Assembly: GCA_900617105.1 (NCBI GenBank)
Contig: UYFQ01000006.1
Location: 186,001 to 250,000 of the forward strand
Direction of reading: 5' to 3'
From: Hydrurus foetidus
Lineage: Eukaryota
Length of the DNA stretch: 64,000 nucleotides
A model generated the notes under the pieces. The model had not been told where the DNA came from. It made no database searches and saw only the letters and a program-made list of their open reading frames with translations. The translations under genes were made by a program, and so were the position numbers. The first letter of the stretch is position 1. The number at the start of each line of letters is the position of its first letter. This document shows, in pieces, positions 59,731 to 64,000 of the stretch.

Positions 59731-61755
59731 ATGCTGTTTAGACTTATTTTGTCACCGATCTTGCTTGCCGCCGTTGTTTGCGCAAGCCTTAGTGTTGTTT
59801 TACCGGTCAACGCCCAAAGTACCTCCAGGGGCGATGAACTCGTCGTGGAGATGAACCAAGCTTTCAAGCGCGGCGACCGCCGGCGCTTGACGGCTTTGTT
59901 GCCCCAAGCACGCGGCCACGCTCTAGAACCTTGGGCCGCCTACTGGGAACTCAAGGCCCGGCTAGACGATGCCAGTACCCAGGAAGTGCAAGACTTTTTG
60001 ACCCGTTTCGCAGGCACTTACCAAGAAGACCGCCTGCGCAACGATTGGTTGCTGCTGCTAGGCCAGCGGCGCGACTGGACGAATTTTGCCGCCGAACACC
60101 CCCGCTACCGCATGGGCGACGACCGCGAGGTGCGTTGCTACGCGCTCTTGGTGGATTTCCTGAAAAACACCGCACCCGACACCACAGCACTGGCTGACGA
60201 GGTGCGCAAAAGCTGGATGTCGCAGCGCGATGCCGACGACGGTTGCGCCCTGGCCGCTGACCGCCTGATTGACGCTAAAAAGATGAGCGCTGCTGATGCG
60301 TGGCGCAAGGCCCGTCTTTCCGTCGAGGCCAACCGCCCTCGTGCCGCCCGCCGCGCCGTGGAGATGATCGCGCCCGAAGCCTCCAGTCTGGTCGCGGATC
60401 TGCTGGCCAGCCCCGCCAAATTTCTCACCACACGGGCTACCGCTTCGCGCACTGTACGGCAAGAACTGCTCACACTGGCCCTGGTCAAACTGGCCACCAG
60501 CGACGTAGACATGGCCGAAGCCAGCCTGGGCAAATGGGCCAGCCAGCTCAGTGCCGAAGAGCGCAACTGGGTCTGGGGTGTCATTGGACGGCAAGCCGCA
60601 GGAAAGCTGTCGCCCGATGCCGTGGAAAAATTCAGCCACGTCACCCGTGATGCCGATTTGAGCGACGAGATGCTCGCCTGGAGAGTGCGTGCCAACTTGC
60701 GCGACACCACCAGCCCCCAAGCCCCCGCCCGTTGGGCACAGGTGCTGCGCAGCATCAACGCCATGAGCGACGATGCCCAGCGTGACCCGTCTTGGGTTTA
60801 CTGGAAAGCACGGGCATTGCAAGCCGCAGCGCCTGCCTCGCCAGAAGCCACCAGCTTGCTGCAAAGCATCGCCAGCGTGCGTGGTTTTTACGAACAATTG
60901 GCGCTGGAGCAACTCGGCCAAAGAATCACCCTGCCCGCCCGCCCCGCCCCGCTGACCACCGCTGAGCGCGAGACAGCCCGCTTGAACCCCTCGCTGAACC
61001 GCGCCCTCTACGCCATCGCCATCGGCCTGCGCACCGAAGGCGTGCGCGAATGGAACTACGGCACCAACCTCGTCAACGCCTTGGGCCAGCCCGGCGGCAT
61101 GGCCGAGCGCGAACTGCTGGCAGCGGCCGATTTCGCCTGCGACCGCCAGCTTTGGGACCGCTGCATCAACACCAGCGAGCGCACCAAAACCGAGTTTGAC
61201 GCGGCCCAGCGCTACCCCATGCCCTTCCGGGATGCCGTCGTCAAACGGGCTAACGACATCGGTCTGGACGCTGCCTACGTCTACGGCCTGATCCGCCAGG
61301 AATCACGCTTCATCATGGATGCCCGCTCGGGCGTGGGTGCGTCCGGCCTGATGCAGGTGATGCCCGCCACGGCCAGCTGGACGGCCAAGAAAATCGGCAT
61401 GGTGAACTTCACGCCCGATCAAATCAACGACCGCGACACCAACATCGCCATCGGCACCGGCTATTTGAAGCTGGTGCTGGACGATTTCGCCGGTTCTATG
61501 CCCCTGGCCGCCGCCGCCTACAACGCCGGCCCAAGCCGCTCGCGCAACTGGCGCAACGGCCCGGTGCTGGACGCCGCCATTTGGGCCGAGAACGTGCCCT
61601 TCACCGAAACCCGGGATTACGTGAAAAAAGTGCTCGCCAACACCACCGTCTACGCCGCCGTGCTGAGCGGGCAACCCCAGTCGCTGCGTGCGCGGCTGGG
61701 CCGGGTGGGGCCACGGGATGCGTCGGTGGCGGAGCCGAACAAAGACTTGCCGTGA
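59731..61755 (+). CDS. slt: Soluble lytic transglycosylase (Slt70-like)
   Basis: Signal peptide; IRQESRF, GLMQVMP, AAYNAG and ETRDYV motifs. Confidence 0.93.
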   Translation: MLFRLILSPILLAAVVCASLSVVLPVNAQSTSRGDELVVEMNQAFKRGDRRRLTALLPQARGHALEPWAAYWELKARLDDASTQEVQDFLTRFAGTYQEDRLRNDWLLLLGQRRDWTNFAAEHPRYRMGDDREVRCYALLVDFLKNTAPDTTALADEVRKSWMSQRDADDGCALAADRLIDAKKMSAADAWRKARLSVEANRPRAARRAVEMIAPEASSLVADLLASPAKFLTTRATASRTVRQELLTLALVKLATSDVDMAEASLGKWASQLSAEERNWVWGVIGRQAAGKLSPDAVEKFSHVTRDADLSDEMLAWRVRANLRDTTSPQAPARWAQVLRSINAMSDDAQRDPSWVYWKARALQAAAPASPEATSLLQSIASVRGFYEQLALEQLGQRITLPARPAPLTTAERETARLNPSLNRALYAIAIGLRTEGVREWNYGTNLVNALGQPGGMAERELLAAADFACDRQLWDRCINTSERTKTEFDAAQRYPMPFRDAVVKRANDIGLDAAYVYGLIRQESRFIMDARSGVGASGLMQVMPATASWTAKKIGMVNFTPDQINDRDTNIAIGTGYLKLVLDDFAGSMPLAAAAYNAGPSRSRNWRNGPVLDAAIWAENVPFTETRDYVKKVLANTTVYAAVLSGQPQSLRARLGRVGPRDASVAEPNKDLP

Positions 61756-61768
61756 AACCGATCTGGCA

Positions 61769-61824
61769 AGTCCTGAATTGATAGCTGTTAGCGCATATAG
61801 AATCTGAGCTACAGCCATAAAAAG
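61769..61824 (+). repeat. Interspersed repeat copy
   Basis: GTCCTGAATTGATAGCTGttagcGCATA..AGCC. Confidence 0.65.
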
Positions 61825-62025
61825 CTAAGCACTCAGCATTTCAAACGCCATCTCCCGTGGGTTGTCCGTCAGCTGGCTGACATTCAGCATTTCGATACCC
61901 AACACACGGCCTGTGGCATCGTAATCAAACATCACGCCAGGGCGCACTTCGTCGGTATCCGCTACGGCACCAGCGAACAAGCGGATGTACAAGGCATCGG
62001 CAGTGGGGTCAAATTCAATCTTCAT
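61825..62025 (-). CDS. DUF2283-family protein (putative antitoxin)
   Basis: MKIEFDPTADALYIRL..DYDATGRVLGIEML. Confidence 0.85.
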   Translation of the reverse strand: MKIEFDPTADALYIRLFAGAVADTDEVRPGVMFDYDATGRVLGIEMLNVSQLTDNPREMAFEMLSA

Positions 62026-62276
62026 GGGGTAACTCCGTATCTTTGCAACTGGCTGGTCAGGATGACCGTAATCACTGTCAGCACCACGCCATGGGCCACG
62101 ATGACCCGCAGCAACATGGGTTTGCCATCACGCGACAGCAGACCCTGCATTTCGCTGCGGTCTTCCTGCGCAGTGATAGTGCGTAACGGCAATGCCAAGA
62201 CCTGCTCAACCTCGGCCTCCGTCACACCGCGCTCCAGCATACGGGTTCTGGCATGGGCGCTGTATTGAAGGTTCAT
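62022..62276 (-). CDS. DUF4258-family protein (putative toxin)
   Basis: YSAHARTRMLERGVT..LRVI..VITV; ATGA overlap with the DUF2283 gene. Confidence 0.8.
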   Translation of the reverse strand: MNLQYSAHARTRMLERGVTEAEVEQVLALPLRTITAQEDRSEMQGLLSRDGKPMLLRVIVAHGVVLTVITVILTSQLQRYGVTP

Positions 62277-62334
62277 GGCGTGGTTTTAGGCGCTTTGTCC
62301 CGTTTCGTCAACGTCCCCGTGAATGCCTCCACGC

Positions 62335-63429
62335 TCACGAACTCAACCCCTCCACCGCCTGGAACATCGCCTGCCGTGCCTGGCTGATGATTTGCCCTTT
62401 CCAGGCATCGGTGTCCGTATAGAACGCGCCCAGCACCTGTTGGCGAATCGATTCAGCCAGCTCAGGGGGCGCTTCTGGGTGCTGGCCCAGCCAATTACCG
62501 GCCCGTATCGCGCCCATCATTTGAATAATTGGCAGCGTGCCGTATTCCATAGCGATGCCGGTGTACTCGGCTTGCGGGCACTCCTCATAGGTGCTGCTCC
62601 ACATCAGCCCCGTCAAGAAGGCGGAAGTCGAAGAACCGTCGTAAATCGAGGTGACGTGGTTCTCGCCGGTGCCCCACCATGCGCGGGCGCGTTGCAAGGC
62701 GGTGGCATCGTCCCGGCCAGCGAAGATGCGCTCGCCGATGCCGCTGGGGCCTAAGCCGGTGTGCAAATCCATCCACGCGATACGTTGGGCTTGGCCGCCG
62801 TGCTGGCGCAGCACTTGGCGCACGGTTTGGTTGCTCCAGGTAGGTGCCGTGCCACCGAAAAACATGCCATTGGCAAACTCGTGCTGACCGCGTGTCACAG
62901 CGGCTTGAAAGGCTGGTTCACCGTGGCGGGCAATGAAATCGACCACAGCGGCTTCGTTGGCCTCGCTCGGCGGCCAGTGGTCAGGCACTAGCAGGGCATG
63001 CAGCGCCCGGTAATCGGCGTTGACTGGCAGCGGCTGGCTGAAGTCGTGAAAGTTGCGGTTCAAATCGACGTTTTCATGCGTGGTACGGCTGAGGTACGAG
63101 AAACCGTAGGGGTTGAGTGCGTGGATGTACAGCACCGCCACACCCGCGTCCGCCGCTTTGGCTTGCCATTCGGCATCGTGCAGCGCAAACACCTGCACGC
63201 CGCTGCCGCAATGGCCCTCGACACCGTGGCAGGCACTGCTGACGATCAGCACGGACTTGGCATCCGCCGGGCCAGCGCGGGCCACGTCCATCGCCAGCAC
63301 CTCGCCTTCCAAGCCCTTTTTCGGGTGAACTTGCGACTCAACCAGCAAACCCGCCGTCGCTGCAGCCTCTAGAAATTTGATCCTCGCCTCTTTGTACCGG
63401 CTGGAAAACGCCGCTGCCACGCCGATCAT
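62335..63429 (-). CDS. DUF2817 / M14-like metallopeptidase
   Basis: HGVEG, NPYG, NVDLNRN and DLHTGLG motifs. Confidence 0.85.
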   Translation of the reverse strand: MIGVAAAFSSRYKEARIKFLEAAATAGLLVESQVHPKKGLEGEVLAMDVARAGPADAKSVLIVSSACHGVEGHCGSGVQVFALHDAEWQAKAADAGVAVLYIHALNPYGFSYLSRTTHENVDLNRNFHDFSQPLPVNADYRALHALLVPDHWPPSEANEAAVVDFIARHGEPAFQAAVTRGQHEFANGMFFGGTAPTWSNQTVRQVLRQHGGQAQRIAWMDLHTGLGPSGIGERIFAGRDDATALQRARAWWGTGENHVTSIYDGSSTSAFLTGLMWSSTYEECPQAEYTGIAMEYGTLPIIQMMGAIRAGNWLGQHPEAPPELAESIRQQVLGAFYTDTDAWKGQIISQARQAMFQAVEGLSS

Positions 63430-64000
63430 GCTGCCACCTTGTGCGCGGACGCTGTAGCGCCATTCGCTTTGGCCAACCATTCCTCCGACAAGCGCACCCA
63501 GTAGGTCGCGCCCAGGGGGATCAACTCGTCGTTGAAGTCGTAACTCGGGTTGTGGATCATGCACGGCCCGCCGCCGTGACCCATTTCGCGGTGTGCGCCA
63601 TCGCCATTGCCGATGAAGCAGTACGCGCCGGGTTTGGCTTGCAGCATGTAGGCAAAGTCTTCCGCGCCCATCGTCGGCTCTTGGTGGAGAACATTGGCCT
63701 CGCCCACGATGCCGGTCATCACGTTGCGGGCAAAGGCGGTTTCAGCGGGTTCGTTGACGGTGGGGGGGTAGTTGCGCGTGAACTCAAACTCGCAGGTCGC
63801 ACCGAAAGCTGCGCAGGTGTGCTCAGCAATGGCTTGCATGCGGGCTTCGATCATGTCGAGCACCTCCAGCGTGAAGGTGCGCACGGTGCCCTGGATCTCG
63901 CAGCTGTCGGGCACCACGTTGGTCGCTTCGCCCGTGTGGATCATCGTGACGGACACCACGCCCGAATCCACCGGCTTGATGTTGCGGCTGACGATGGTCT
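63426..64000 (-). CDS. M20 amidohydrolase (hippurate hydrolase-like), 5' part outside the window
   Basis: GEATNVVP, GTVR, MGAEDF and HNPSYDFND motifs. Confidence 0.9.
   Translation of the reverse strand, partial: TIVSRNIKPVDSGVVSVTMIHTGEATNVVPDSCEIQGTVRTFTLEVLDMIEARMQAIAEHTCAAFGATCEFEFTRNYPPTVNEPAETAFARNVMTGIVGEANVLHQEPTMGAEDFAYMLQAKPGAYCFIGNGDGAHREMGHGGGPCMIHNPSYDFNDELIPLGATYWVRLSEEWLAKANGATASAHKVAA

Noticed and set aside
1..64000. CRISPR arrays, tRNA/rRNA genes, prophage or integrase genes, and the many long antisense ORFs
   Set aside because: No regularly spaced repeats, RNA-gene signatures or phage genes were seen. The antisense ORFs are expected shadows in GC-rich coding DNA.

Overview
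A GC-rich betaproteobacterial window. Gene order and protein sequences look like Comamonadaceae (Rhodoferax-like); this is inferred, not database-checked. Positions 1-33 kb hold a large flagellar cluster: fliD, two tandem 499-aa flagellins, flhDC, motAB, cheYZ, flhB, flhA, flhF, a degenerate flhG, fliA, flgNMA, flgB-L and an HDOD gene. Three foreign pieces interrupt it: an internally deleted IS5-family remnant upstream of flhD, a LexA-boxed dinD between flhB and flhA, and a 380-bp internally deleted IS6-family element between flgH and flgI. Positions 33-64 kb hold a wax ester/TAG synthase with an Ala/Lys/Pro tail, two MocR regulators with a LysE/DMT/aminotransferase/PhzF cluster, three toxin-antitoxin-like pairs, MATE and SulP transporters, a MarR-Bug-sulfatase module, and housekeeping genes (moeB, ctpA, gpmA, grxC, secB, gpsA, slt). 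The most notable non-obvious signals are: (1) a structured RNA leader shared by both flagellin 5' UTRs, (2) a recurring class-II flagellar promoter motif with fixed 17-nt spacing, and (3) a degenerate interspersed repeat family with copies embedded in frame inside genes. All calls come from motif recognition and synteny by eye; no searches were run.
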